Counted from the whole stretch's first letter, positions 27,201 through 40,425 are shown. The stretch: DNA of 56,615 nucleotides, filler included, from Dugesia japonica (GCA_001938525.1; 6 parts of 6 records of this genome joined end to end with filler, not necessarily neighbours in it); one strand, 5' to 3'. A program made the numbers and translations. Notes: a model not told the origin generated them from the sequence alone.

Positions 27201-27397
27201 GGATTTTCATAGATTTTCATAGATTCTATTTTCAACATTTATAACCAGAATGAATTGAGCAATATTTCCTGAAGAAGGCATAGGCGAAATATTGAACCAT
27301 CTATGAAAATAGAAAAACATCGTTTTGATCTTGGCAATTGAAAATAAATTTTACTTTTATAATTACAATTATTGTGGGAATAATTGTTGGACTTAAG
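27200..27397 (+). mobile_element. Member of the hammerhead fold-back family
   Basis: ttcCTGAAGAaggcataggcGAAAtattgaa at ~27266-27297. Downstream attacaattattgtgggaataattgttggac matches the family end block. Confidence 0.55.
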
Positions 27398-27419
27398 TAA
27401 GTAGTTACGCAGGGTCTAT

Positions 27420-29130
27420 GCCAAGATGTGAAGTAATCACCGTTCACACCTCATAATATAAACAAAAATAGTTGTGAATTTTCACGCTTTACTTTACCTG
27501 AAAACTTAAATTTTTTAATCACAATTTAATGTAAACAATTAATTTTTATTGCTTTTTGTTTGAAGCGTTGAGCATGAACATTAATACATAAAATTAATAT
27601 TAATATTGTTATTTAAATGTTTTATATAGATGTAAATTTTCACACCTTTAATGCCAATTTCACATGCAAACAATTATTTTGTAAAAAATTCAAATTAATT
27701 ATTTTTGTTTTAATTAACATAAAAAATTTCACATCTTATTTATTTTTTATTAAAATATTAAAAGCTTGGCGCATTGAGCATTTTATAAAATACATTATTA
27801 TTATTATTATTATNNNNNNNNNNNNNNNNNNNNNNNNNNNNNNNNNNNNNNNNNNNNNNNNNNNNNNNNNNNNNNNNNNNNNNNNNNNNNNNNNAATATT
27901 ATTTAAAAGGTTTTTATGGGTTCGAATTTTCACACCTCTGACATGAACTTAAAAATTTTAATCTAAACAACAGAAAATTATTTAATTTTTTTAATTGACG
28001 TGGGAATATTCCAAAAATATATCACTGTTTTTATTGTTATTTAAATGTACTTTTTTTAAGGTGTGAACTTTTACGCCTTAATGTAAACTGTGATTTTTAC
28101 ACCTTTGGCGTGAACTTTCATACCGTAACTTTAAATTATTTTTCCTTGAAAATATGATGAGTCTCAAATATTATTTTTTTATTAAAGTATTTTTTATTGT
28201 TTATTAATATAAAAATATTTTACACATTACTTTTTATTAAAAATTAAAAGCGCCAAATAAAAAGAATAATTTTTTATTGGCGTGTAAAACTTCACGTATC
28301 ATGATATTATTTATTATTTAAGTGTGTGAATTTTTACANNNNNNNNNNNNNNNNNNNNNNNNNNNNNNNNNNNNNNNNNNNNAAATATGAGTTCATGAAA
28401 GATTTAGTGTTACGCATTGAGCATTTCTTTATGAAATTGTTATTATTATTATTATTATTAATTTAAATATTCTTAAGGTGTGAAATTTCACACATTACTG
28501 TAAACAATGAATTTATTTGTTTTAATCGTGTCAATTTACATATCTTATTAATTTCTATTAAATTCGCGTGAAATAATGAGCCTCAAATATTTTTTATATT
28601 AGTATATGGATTTTCTCTCTTCAAGCATGACTGAGAATTTAAGACAGTTACACATTATTTTCATTTATTGAGCATTATTATATATAGAAACATTATTATT
28701 TGAATGTTATTTTTTAACTTAAAAATGATATTAAATTTTCATTATTTCTTTTTAAAAAATAGTTATATTGATACTTATATAAAGAGAAATTTATTAATTA
28801 TATAGATATATTTTAAAAATTAAAATTTTCACTAAATAAATTAACGATTATAATCATTTTTTAATTAAAATTTCAAATATCTATTTCAATAATGTAATTG
28901 CTTTTATAGTGAAACCTATTGACTTTCATTTATTCAACGGAAATATTCACCGCCTGAATGATCAGAAAAGAATTTAACTTTTATTAAAAACAAAAAAAGA
29001 TTCAAAGTTTGTTTTAATTCTTTTCTGTATCTTCACTACCTTCTTCAGATGGGCACATCTTAATATAAACTGTGAATTTTCACCTTTAGCATGAACTTGT
29101 ACACCCTAAACCTTACAATTTTTTTGTTTA
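27420..29130. repeat. Array of a semi-palindromic motif (gtgtgaa(c/t)tttcacacc) in AT-rich DNA; also at ~13230-13290
   Basis: More than 10 variant copies, e.g. gtgaattttcacgc, gtaaattttcacacc, gtgtgaacttttacgcc and gtgtgaaatttcacac. Confidence 0.75.
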
Positions 29131-29159
29131 AATACCCATGAAATGATTATTATTATTAT

Positions 29160-30060
29160 AAAAATGTATAAGGCTAGTTAGGTTTATAGTGTGTATAAGA
29201 CTTATTGGTTTTCTGTGTACAATACCCATCAGTTTCGTATGTGTATAAGACTCTATTTGGTTTTTGGCATGTATTATATGACTTTATAGGGTTCATTGTG
29301 TGTATTGTATTACTCTAGAGGGTTAGTTATGTGTATTATATGAATATATTGAGATAATTATGTGTATTATAAGACCCTATTAGATTAATTGTGTGTCTTT
29401 ATTGACTTGATAGGATTTATTATATGTATTGTATGGTTCTATTGAATAAAATATGTGTATTATATAACTCTATTGTTTGTCTATGTATAAGACTATATTC
29501 AGTTATTTATGTGTATTTAAGTACTTTATTGGTGATATTTGCATGGATATTATACGACTATATTGAGTTTATTGTGTGTATTATATTAATATATTGGGTT
29601 TATTATATGCATTTAATTGTAAGTATGGAGTTTATGATATGATTTTAACTAGTAAGTGTTTCGGAAAAAAAGCGTAAATATTTAGAAATAATTACCAGAT
29701 CTCTGGTAAATCTTTTGAAATAATTACATGAAATCTGTGCAATTTTAAAACAATTGTTCAATAAGCTTATATAAAAGCACATAATTAATCTATAAAACCT
29801 TATGATTACTTTATAAAACATATAATTGCTATATAAAGCCATATAAAAACATAATAACAACATATAAACTATATAATTGCTCTATAATAACCCTATAATT
29901 CCTATAAAAACCTACTAAAAATCAGTATAATAACATATAAAACTATACAAACCCTATAGAAATCATATAAAACCATATACAAGTATTTAAAAATACACAT
30001 AAAACTATGCAAAAACCCTATTAACACTTTAAAATTGTACGAAAACACTATATAAACCCA
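29160..30060. repeat. Degenerate ~31-bp (TG-rich) and ~10/21-bp (CA-rich) minisatellite blocks
   Basis: atgtgtattata..gact.tatt recurs across 29160-29640; aaaaccctata-like units recur across 29760-30060. Confidence 0.75.
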
Positions 30061-30350
30061 TTTTTGCTTAGCAGTACTTGCATTTGTGGCATTTTCTTTG
30101 ATAACTTGCATAAGTATGACTCATGCTCTTTGTTCTAGTTGCACTCGTGTTGCAATGTCATTAGATTTTTCTTATTATTAACTTATAAGTTGTATATTTG
30201 ACTTTATTAATTCGCTTATAAATCGAAAATATTATTCGCTCTTCGATAGTGTTGAAACTATAATAATACATTCTATTTAAAAGCATTTAAATTATTATAT
30301 TCAATTTGATTGTATAACAAAATTTGAATTCTAAGTTCAGTTTTTTATTT

Positions 30351-30391
<41 letters not shown>

Positions 30392-30999
30392 NNNNNNNNN
30401 NNNNNNNNNNNNNNNNNNNNNNNNNNNNNNNNNNNTTAATTAATTAANNNNNNNNNNNNNNNNNNNNNNNNNNNNNNNNNNNNNNNNNNNNTATATATAC
30501 AAATATACTACTAACTGAGTAATTGAGTTATATATATATCCTTAATATGTCTACGTTTTATCAATGTTGACTTATTTTCCAAACTATTTTCCCACTTTAG
30601 TCATTTTTGATCATTTACTCTCTATTGTCCTGATTCACCCTATTTAGTTATATTTAACTATATTTCCTCGTATTTTCCATTATTTACTACTATTAAGATA
30701 TATTTAGCTAAATTTAACCATAATTCCTATTTGGTTTTAATATATATTTTCATTGACTTCACTTCAATAATCTTTAAAAAGTGTCATAATAATATAAAAA
30801 GACAATAAAACTGAGTAAGACCTAGTATGATATGCTTTTTATTTAAAATAATATAACTATTTTAGTATATTTTATTCATTTGATTATCCTTCTGCTTCTT
30901 TGCTTGCTTCTTGGTTCTCTTCGTGCTCATTACCAACACTACTTGCTCTTTGGTTTTATGGTTTTTCTTTGTCATTTTGATTCCCAATATTCAAATATA

Positions 31000-31920
31000 A
31001 TGTTAGAAAATAATGGTTCAACATAGAAAATACTGATCTTGNNNNNNNGAATATTGATCTCTACATTGTAAATATTAGTTTCAATAGATAAATTTATGGT
31101 TTCATCAATAAAAACAGGGGTTTTATCACAAAAATGTAGGTTTAGTGGTGGTAAATATAAGATTTATCATGGAAATAATGGTTTTATTATGAAAATATTG
31201 GTTTAATGAAAAACAGAGGGTTTATAATTAAAATACTGGCTGTACCAATAAAATGTGAGTAATATAATGAAAACTTTGGTTTTATCATTGAATATATGAT
31301 CATTACATTGGATATATTCCATACACTAAATATTTGTTAATTAATTATTAATAGCTTCTAAGAATTATTGGTTAATTGTCCTGTACATCAATATAATTTC
31401 CATAAAGTTTCANATACTTCTATGTAATTTCTTCAAGATTTTAATGACTTCTAAGCAATTTTGTAAATTATTTAGTGACTTCTATGACATTTCAAAAACA
31501 TTTTAATGACTTCTATGCAATTTTTAAATTTTCTTTCCATTGTTTTACATTTCATTTTGAAACCTTTATCGCTTTCTATGTAATTTTGNNNNNNNNNNNN
31601 NNNNNNNNNNNNNNNNNNNNNNNNNNNNNNNNNNNNNNNNNNNNNNNNNNNNNNNNNNNNNNNNNNNNNNNNNNNNNTAACTTCATAATATATTTAGTGA
31701 CTTCTATGCAATTTTTAAGATATGTAATGACTTCAATGCAATTTCATAATATGTTTATCAACTTTTATGTATTTTCAAAAACTGTTTATTGATTTCTATG
31801 CAATTTGTTAATTATTTTCTCATTGTTTTACATATCATATTGAAAACTTTATCGACTTCTATGCAATTTCATAAATTCGTTTGATGCTTTTATGTCATTT
31901 GTAAAACTTATAATGTTTTC
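31000..31920. repeat. Degenerate minisatellites (~21-bp aaatactggttttatcat; ~31-bp gacttctatgcaattt)
   Basis: Periodic recurrence of both motifs is visible. Confidence 0.75.
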
Positions 31921-32014
31921 TAATAAATCTTACATAATGTAACTACTGATAAACTTCTAGAAACATTTTTTTATAGGAAAACATGAATAATATTATTATT
32001 TTTATTAATTATTT

Positions 32015-34541
32015 TATTAATAATAATGTTAATATTATGTTCGCTCGGGTAATATTAATGTTAATATTATTATTGCCCGCGTGGAATATTAATGTTAATA
32101 TTAAGTCAGCCTGGGGGAGCGACTAGTGTTAATGTTAATATTGTTCAAAGAGCACTTAAAAAAAATTTAGCCGAGGAGTGTCTAATGTTACTTAGAGGGA
32201 AATTTGCTTAACTACTTACAAATTTGAAGATTTTGGTTAATTTTAACTAAACATTAATTTCAGATGATTACGTTTATTTAAAGTAATACCAAAAAAATTA
32301 ATTTAATAAAAAAAATAAAACAAAAATAAGTTGTAATTAAAATTTTAAAAATTTAAATTTTTACGCCAAAAAGCTCCCTGCGAAAATTAAATCAAAATAA
32401 ATTAAATAAAATCATTTTAAAAAATAAATAAATAGGACAGCAGTAATAAAATACATTAGTAATAATTAAAAGACATGTTGAAATTAAAATATTTATTAAC
32501 ATAACAAATCTATTCTATCTTTTGCATGCTTTTTACTTTCCATATATGACCCGAGAGATATTAGCAATAACATTAATATTGCCCGTTGATGTCTCTAATG
32601 TTAATATATTGATGCTACTATTGATATTAATATTGCCCGGCGCAATTATTCTTAATATTCCTAGCAGAAACTTTAACTTAAATAATAGTTAATGTTTCCT
32701 TAATTTAAACAAAAATAATTAATGTCGCCTAATTTACTTTAACATTCATAAATTTTGCTTAATTTAACCAAAAAATCATTTATTTTTTCTTAATTAAACA
32801 AAATAATTAATTTCACTTAATTTAAACTTAAAGTAAATAATTGAAATCAATTTAAAAATCAATTTAATTTAAAATCATTTAAATAAGAAATTATAAATAT
32901 ATGTCAATTTAAACAAGAAATTTAATTTCATGCATATGACTCATCAAGAAGTAAATAAATAAATATAATCGTAAACATTTGACATAAAAAAAATGAACTA
33001 GGCACAAAGAAAAAATACGAGCAAATGTACAAATCTTAAGCGCTATTACGTAATTACAGTCTGTTTCAAAAGTCTGTTCGCACCCATGGAAATTACAAAA
33101 ACTACAGAAAAGATGTTTGAAAAGTCAATGGATAAGGAAGAAACATATTTACAAACGATAGTAAGTTTATTAATATTTTGTTGGGTATCCTTTCATCTTG
33201 ATAATAGAAGACACTCTTAATGGCATGGAATCAACGAGTCTGAGACATAAAGAAGTGGGTATATTATACCATATCTTTTGTAACTCTGTCCACAGTTCAT
33301 CAACATTCATAGGTTTCAAAGCATTCATCTTGATCTTTATGAAATACCACCAATTTTTAATCGAATTGGCATGAAGAAAATTTGCAGGCCAAATTAATAT
33401 ATCGATTTAATCTTCACTGAGAAAAGATAATGTTGATGCAGATCGATGGTAAGGAGCATTGTTATGCTATAATATGAAACTAAGCAGAGGGAAGACCAAG
33501 CACGTGCCAACTAGGGCAGTCTCATTGACAATCTTATTTTGATAGGTTGCAGAATTCAACGTACCCATGTATTCGTTTCAAATTTCTTACACCGAATCAT
33601 AAAAAGCATCCCCAAACATGGATTTGTACAACATATTGAATAACCTTCTTAGTACAAATAGGACTTAATTTTTCATGTTGAAACCGCCTATTTCTTTGGG
33701 AGCGACTATGATTATATTTGCAAAATATTGATTCATCACTGAAGAAAACATGTGCCCATTTATCAACATCTCATTGTTGTTTAGATATCGCCCATAACAA
33801 TCTTATTTTCCTTTGCTTATCATTGACCAATGGCTTGTTAACAGCCAGATGACTTCTTAATTCGTACTTATTGAGAATGCGGTGAACTGTACATCTGGAC
33901 ACATGTTGAATGCTACCCGTGTTACAAGTACGTGCTATTTTCGTTCACGACATGCTTCTATTTTTCAGGCATACGCGTCAAATAAATCTGTGTGACCGTA
34001 TTGATAATTTCGATAGTCTTCCACTGCGTTTCCGATCCACATACATTTTTTTGGTCTTATATTTTTGGAGAAATCTTTGAATGCCCCACTTTGACACATT
34101 AATATGATGCCTGTCCGTCATTATTTGCTTTATTGAGCAAGTACTATACCTATCCACCATCAATTCCATCAAGGCGTTTCGATTATTCATTATATCTAAA
34201 ATGTATCATATAATATTAAATACATTTAATATAAGTTGATAACATTTTTAAAAATATTATTTACTTTATTTTGCAATTTACATTACTTAAACAAATTGAA
34301 AAAAATTAAAAATACGTATAGACTTATGAATTTACATGGGCGCGAACATACCTTTGAAACGGACTGTATATGCACATATCTTTTCTATTTTTATCGTACC
34401 GCTAACTGCGCGTAAAATTGTCATACCACTATTACATAATCACATACACACATATTATCGTTCCACTAAATACATGTCAATTCTTACGTCGCAAAAAGTT
34501 TCTATACCGCGGGGTGTATTGTGCGCAAGTTTCTACCAGCT
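32015..34541. mobile_element. Probable Polinton subterminal/terminal remnant interrupted by the Tc1
   Basis: aatattaatgttaatatt..gccc repeats, tacgtaat motifs and the end block cgcaaaaa..cgcggggtgtattGTGCGCAAGTTTCTACCAGCT. The organisation parallels 35990-36510 and 4250-4338. Confidence 0.4.
33057..34366 (-). mobile_element. Full-length Tc1-family transposon, transposase pseudogene on the minus strand
   Basis: TA|CAGTCTGTTTCAAAAGTCTGTTCGCACCCATG ... CATGGGCGCGAACATACCTTTGAAACGGACTG|TA. N-terminal HTH with RKRSGRLSKLS, then VFFSDES and C-terminal LVDSMP.RV..IIKMKGYPTKY. Confidence 0.95.
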
Positions 34542-35849
34542 AAAATTATTTTCATAGATTGTTTAAATAACAGTTTTGTTTGAATTTCATACCATTAATT
34601 ACTTCATTCGACATGTACAGTCCGACGGACCAAACCGATTAAGGTTCGTAAGCATACAATCAAGTCCTTTTATAATTGAACTTATCGATCAGTTTGTTTA
34701 GTTTTAACTAGACTAAGCTCGATTACAGTATGTGCATCTCTGGCAGCAATGCTTCCAACCGTTCACATCCCGTCTCAAAGATATATTGCTACAACTGTAT
34801 AACCTTTATAAGATTAAAACAGTTAGTTGTCAACCCCAATATTTGGTAAAGAATTCAAAGTCAACATTTATTAAATAAATCTTTAAATTGAATCATTACA
34901 GAAAATCATTACTTATTGTCATGAAAGAAAAGTAATTACATTAAAATGTATAAACCCATGATTAAAATATAGACTAATTTTTATCAAGATTTATTAAATT
35001 TACATTAATTTCAGTAAAATTAATTAAATTTAATTAATTTCAGAAAAGTGTATCAAATTTAATAAGTTTAATAGATTTAATGTATTCATTAGATAAACTA
35101 TATTGTCTTTGTTTCGCTGAGTTCAGTAGTTGTATTTAAACAGTAGACCAATGGTTATAATAGTCGAAAACAGTGAAATAATTAGAGCAATTCCATTAAG
35201 ATTTANNNNNNNNNNNNNNNNNNNNNNNNNNNNNNNNNNNNNNNNNNNNNNNNNNNNNNNNNNNNNNNNNNNNTCAGTAAACAAGTAAATAGAGTAAGCA
35301 AATGGGTACAGAAAACGGATCTGATACAATAAAACCTATGATTTACAGGAAAGCAATGGATAGAGTAAATTAGGGGATTTAACTGGTAGTACCTTATCAC
35401 AGTACTCAATTAAACTATATTATTTTATAAAATTTTACAATGTTAATAGAATCCAGACCAATTATGATCAACTAAAGATACCATATGATTTTAAATAAAT
35501 CTTGTAATTTAAATTATATTTATGATTTTAGAATTATTTTAATGTAAATTGAGGTATCTCAATGTTTAAAAGTTTTATAATGCTAATTTTATCAATAAAA
35601 TAGCTTTTCGATAACAAATAGAATTAATTTAAAAAATTTCAAAGTTTTAATTAATTAATTAATTTATTATTAAAAATTATTTCTTCTTATTATTATAATT
35701 ATTATTTATGATTTATAACTCAATGCATGTATATTCAAAACAACATAAATATATTTATCTGATTGTGTTGTGTAATTACTTTAATCATATTATTATTATT
35801 AGTATCAGGTAGCATCTATTGTAGGAGCATTTTATGCCGGGTGTAGCCA

Positions 35850-36510
35850 AGAGTGTGAACCCATAGACATATCTTAGTATGAGCCTAGGAACAACTAATA
35901 GTATGATCCATGGAACATCCAATAGTTTGAGCCCTGGAGCAACTAATGGTATGAGCCATTGAACATCTCTTAGTATGAAATCTGAGCTACTAATGTTGAT
36001 ATTGCCTAGGGAATATTGTCGGGGGACATTCAAAATTGTTGTTAATTTTGCTCAGTGAGCATTAAATATTTTTCTTAATATTGCCCATAGCTGCTTAAGT
36101 TAATATTGCTCTGATTTCCTTTAAGATTCCTTTAAAAATTGCTAATTTTATTTAATTTATACAAAAATTAAACAATTTTACTTAATTTAAACAAAAAGCA
36201 TTCGAATAATTTATTTTAACAAAAAAGAAATAAATACATTAATTAAAACAAAAAAGGGTCTATATAATTGATACGTAACGATGACGTGATCATTGTGTAA
36301 TTATGACGTCATAATTACATAATCATCATTACGTAATCAATTTACAAACACAAATTTCAACCAATCAAATTTTAGTATTACTGTCGCAATTACGTAATCA
36401 CTCAGCAAAAAAATCCAACCAATCAAATCGCTGGAAACATGTGTGTGACCAATCAAATTTCTGCCGCAAAAAAACTATTTCCACGGGGGTACTGTGTCAG
36501 TGCGGAAGTA
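35850..36510. mobile_element. Second copy of the probable Polinton subterminal region (~21/42-bp repeats, TGACGT and CCAATCA motifs)
   Basis: Tandem agtatgagcc..ggaac units; tgacgt/tacgtaat and three accaatcaaat copies; ends cacgggggtactgtgtcagtgcgg, similar to gcggggggttatggttcagtgcgcc at ~4300. Confidence 0.45.
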
Positions 36511-36629
36511 TCAATATAAATGTTGTCTTAAAGAATAATTTACAAATAATTTTACAATAATTTACAAATAAAATATATTTTCAAGCTACAGTTGCGATTG
36601 ACTATTTAAAAACCGCAATTTGTTGTGTA

Positions 36630-37070
36630 GTAACATTTTACAGACATCATAGGAACGATTTGTTTTTTATAAGCTCATGATTTGTCTTCAAATCAAATAT
36701 AAGTTACAGAGTTCATGTTGTTAATTATGAATCTCATCTTTTTCTCCACCGATTTAATACTTGGAAAATAATTTAGGCAATGCGTAGTGAAGATGAAAGG
36801 TTATTCATAATATTTTTATTGTCAAAATATTGAAGATGTTAATCACGGAAAAACAAATCGGCAACTTTAAACATTTTAGCTTGACTGGTTCTCTTTATTC
36901 ATTCAAGTCAAAGTCTCCTGCTTTGAATCTTTTGAAACAGAATTTACAGTTAGAGAACAATGGAGCTTCATCACTATAAAGTTCAACATACATTTTATGC
37001 CCGACAATAATAACTAAAAACAATATCCAATAAAAATATTTGTACAAGTCGAAAATGCATTTTTGAACGA
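36630..37070 (-). mobile_element. mariner transposase N-terminal (HTH) remnant
   Basis: Minus strand reads HKMYVELYSDEAP..CKFCFKRFKAGDFDLNE (cf. VYG..A.S...C..WF.RF.SGDFDL.D). Confidence 0.75.
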
Positions 37071-37354
37071 TTCATTTAATATATTTTCTAAAAGAGGTTA
37101 TTTAAACAAATAATCTTTATTTAAATTAAAACTCACATTAGATATTGAGATATGTATTATAAAATAAAATGTATCGATAATTTGAATTTTATTTTCAATT
37201 AAAATCCATTTTATTGCTTATTTGATGTTGGACCAGAATTAATGCAACCATCTAATGGTTTTTTTTTAGTGGTTAAATTTAGAGTATTTTCTTTAGACCG
37301 TTATGGAATTTTTAGACTGGAAATCTATAATAAATAAAAATTTAATGAAAACAA

Positions 37355-37810
37355 TATTTTACAAGAATTATTGCGAGAATAATTGCTAGACGTAACCATT
37401 GATGGTTTTTGAGATTTCATTAAAATAAATTTGATCGAAGCTTTATTTTAATGAAACATCAATGTAGTTTATAATATTTATAATTAAAATAAACTTAAAT
37501 AAATAACTAATTTTAAATAAAAAATAAAATTTAATTATCAAACATTTTAATTAAATTAGAATTTAAAAATTTAAGTTTAAAATAAAATCTAAATTGGAAT
37601 TTAATTTAAATTTAATTAAAATAATCCAATAAAATTTTAATAAAATACAAATAATTTTAAATAATAAAACAAATTTCTAAAATTTATCAAAAAGTTAAAA
37701 TCAATAAGACAATAAGTCGAAAATTTAAATATCTATCAAAAAAGAAATAAAAAGAAACAAAACAACATTTTGATCGAAACTATTAATTTAATGAAATATT
37801 AAAATCTCAT
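37355..37810. mobile_element. Degenerate member of the hammerhead fold-back family
   Basis: attattgcgagaataattgctagacgtaaccattgat..tttcattaaaata at ~37367-37430, and aagacaataagtcGAAA ... ttttgatcgaa at ~37706-37780. Confidence 0.5.
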
Positions 37811-38239
37811 TTACAAAACTTTTGTTTTTATCGGTGATACCTAGTTAATTAATAATTAAAAACTTTCAAATGAATAAATATTTTAATTGCTTTTATAAAT
37901 TTTATTAAAATCCGCAGATAAAATTAAAAAAAACTTTAATGAAAATTAATTGTTTTTTTTTGATAATTAATAGTAGTCTTGTTACATTCCAGACCAATTT
38001 TCTGAAAGTGGCACTAATCTAGGAAATTAAAATTAAATTAAAACAATTATTCATAAAATATTCTTAAATTTAATCAGCCGTGTTGGACAAATTAAATTGA
38101 AACCCATAAAGAAATCTAAGAAATAATAATAATGTATTTGCTGAAAAGATTTGACTTCTTGTATCTCATTGGAAAAAAACATTGATTATTATGTTTAAAT
38201 AAATATAATGCACATTATGATATGAATAAATAAAGAAGG

Positions 38240-39210
38240 TATTTGTTTCCAATAAATTTATCGAGAAATATAGGGTTGAGTTATAACTCTTTTCGTATTT
38301 TTAAGAGAAATTCAACAATATATACACAATTCGACTCATCGACATTTCACCATCTGTCAGCTAATTTGAAAATTCCGTTTTGTAGAATTTCTCTGTTGCT
38401 TTTCTCAGATGCTTTTGGTAAGGTTTTAAATATATTAAATGATTTTCATTAAGAGTATTTTGTAAAGACCTGAATACATAAAGGTCAAATGGTGCTGCAT
38501 CTTGTAAGGATGGTGGGTGGGGTAAAACATCTCACTAAAATTAAAACTTTGCTCTGGTCTATCAAAATACAGGAATTATCCCAATATCTTGGTAAGATTA
38601 CAGCATATTTATTGATCAATTTAGGTTGCTTTTCAATGATTGGTGCCTTCATATTATCTACCTAGGTGCAGTATTTAATGAAATAAAGGGTTTCAATCAA
38701 TCGTGTTGCGAAATAAACTCTTGATATACAATTGTTTTCCAGTCTAACCAAATAAACCGCATGATCTTTTTTGGGTGAGTGCTTATACAGCTGTGATTTT
38801 TGGTTCTTCACCATACTTTTCCAAAGATATTTTGTGCTGTACATTATGATCTACTAAAATCCATTTTCCATGACTTATGATTTCCTGACTTTGCTTTAGC
38901 ACTAAACTTCATCCAAATATTGAAACGAGACACAGAATATACTTTGTAAATGATACACAATAGCCTTTTAAGTTGCATAGATAATGACTGCAATCTCACG
39001 TGATGTGTAAAACGTGTTCTTCTGAATTAAACTTTTCATTTGCTATTCATATATAATCAGGCTATAACAATCTTCACACGTTGTATAACCAGTTAAAATG
39101 TTTCTGACATACGAGTTCATTTACAGCGCTTTTTCCATATACCTCACAAATTTACTTTTTGGTTTGTATTCCACTTTATGCAAATGAAACATCAAACTAC
39201 AAAAATATTG
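38240..39210 (-). mobile_element. mariner transposase remnant
   Basis: Minus strand reads DVLPHPPSLQDAAPFDLYVFRSLQN (cf. LPHPPYSPDLAPSDYHLFRSLQN), with decayed upstream segments. Boundaries approximate. Confidence 0.75.
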
Positions 39211-39815
39211 ATTCTTGTCTTACATATTTTCACGATAATTTCAAATAATTAGGTTGGTCTATTTTAAAAATAAGGCACTCACAATAAGAGGTCAGCAAGT
39301 AAGACAATTAAACAAATATACATTTTATATTTTAAATGAATTAGGCGTTCAATATATTTCTTATTTGTTTTAATACAAAACTATGAAAAGTCTTATTATT
39401 CAACAAACAGTATCATAAATTTAATATGTTGTCTAATATTAAATTGTTGCATTATCGAGAAAAGATTTTTCAAAATAAACCATATAGTTTTTATTTCTTT
39501 TAATTTTCATTAAGAGACGGATTAAGACAGCTTTTCCTAACAAAATTTATAATATCTTTTTTTTGAAATACATTCAACGTTCAAAATTAAAATATAATAA
39601 AGATTAAGAATATAAAACTTTTTTTATTACTAAGACTCGCGTGATCCAAGATTTTTTCGTTCTCCTAGGCTAATGCTTGTTTCAATCGACGAGAAATTAA
39701 TTACTCCATCAATGACAGTTAATATGACATTAATGCACTGTATTAGACTTCATCAAATAGTTTATTTAGAATAATAAGAGAAAGACATTAGATTAACGTT
39801 TTTCCTAATCATGTT

Positions 39816-39822
<7 letters not shown>

Positions 39823-39887
<65 letters not shown>
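39823..39887. repeat. (AAT)n microsatellite at a contig end
   Basis: Pure AAT run; similar runs occur at ~30352-30391 and ~47925-48109. Confidence 0.95.
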
Positions 39888-40076
39888 NNNNNNNNNNNNN
39901 NNNNNNNNNNNNNNNNNNNNNNNNNNNNNNNTTAATTAATTAANNNNNNNNNNNNNNNNNNNNNNNNNNNNNNNNNNNNNNNNNNNNTGTTTTGATCGAA
40001 GCTTTATCTTATTTTAATTTAACAACGAATTTCAAGATTCATTTGCTATATACAATATATGGGGAACTTTTTTACT

Positions 40077-40425
40077 CTTGGACAATGATTGTATATCAGG
40101 TGTGTCGAACTCATTCAAACAAACGGGCCAAATATGCGATGGCAAAATGTACGCGGGCCGAATAACATTTACAAAATTTGTTGAGGTTTTAATATTATTG
40201 ATTCGGCAGGGGACTACTTCAACTACTAATTTGTCTATTAATAAATCATTATTTGTAAACTTTTTTATTAAATATTTTGAAAATACCGACAAAACTTTCC
40301 GGCAACCTATTAAAACCTCAACAAATTTTGTAAATGCAATTCGCCGCGTGAGATCTTTGCCATCGCACATTTGACCAGTTTGTTTGAATGAGTTCGACAC
40401 TCCTGATATACAATCACTGTCCAAG
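40077..40425. mobile_element. hAT-end-derived fold-back (inverted repeat arms ~130 bp)
   Basis: CAGGTGTGTCGAACTCATT..GGGCC (Charlie-type end) at 40097 and its complement ending at 40405. The two opposite-strand ORFs in the track share the same N-terminus for this reason. Confidence 0.85.

Noticed and set aside
29160-31920. ~31-bp periodic repeats as a possible CRISPR array
   Set aside because: Degenerate head-to-tail units without unique spacers, no cas genes, eukaryotic context.
34700-34812. Minus-strand Cys-rich peptide RRDVNGWKHCCQRCTYC resembling an insulin-like A chain
   Set aside because: The Cys spacing does not fit CCxxxCx8C and I found no B chain or signal exon; insufficient support.
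36880-36980. Possible plus-strand terminal exon (LTGSLYSFKSKSPALN...)
   Set aside because: The opposite strand translates as a mariner HTH (FKRFKAGDFDL), which explains the open frame.
40032-40424. Two opposite-strand ORFs with near-identical N-termini (MDSDCISGVSNSF / MDNDCISGVSNSF)
   Set aside because: A by-product of the inverted repeat, not a gene pair.
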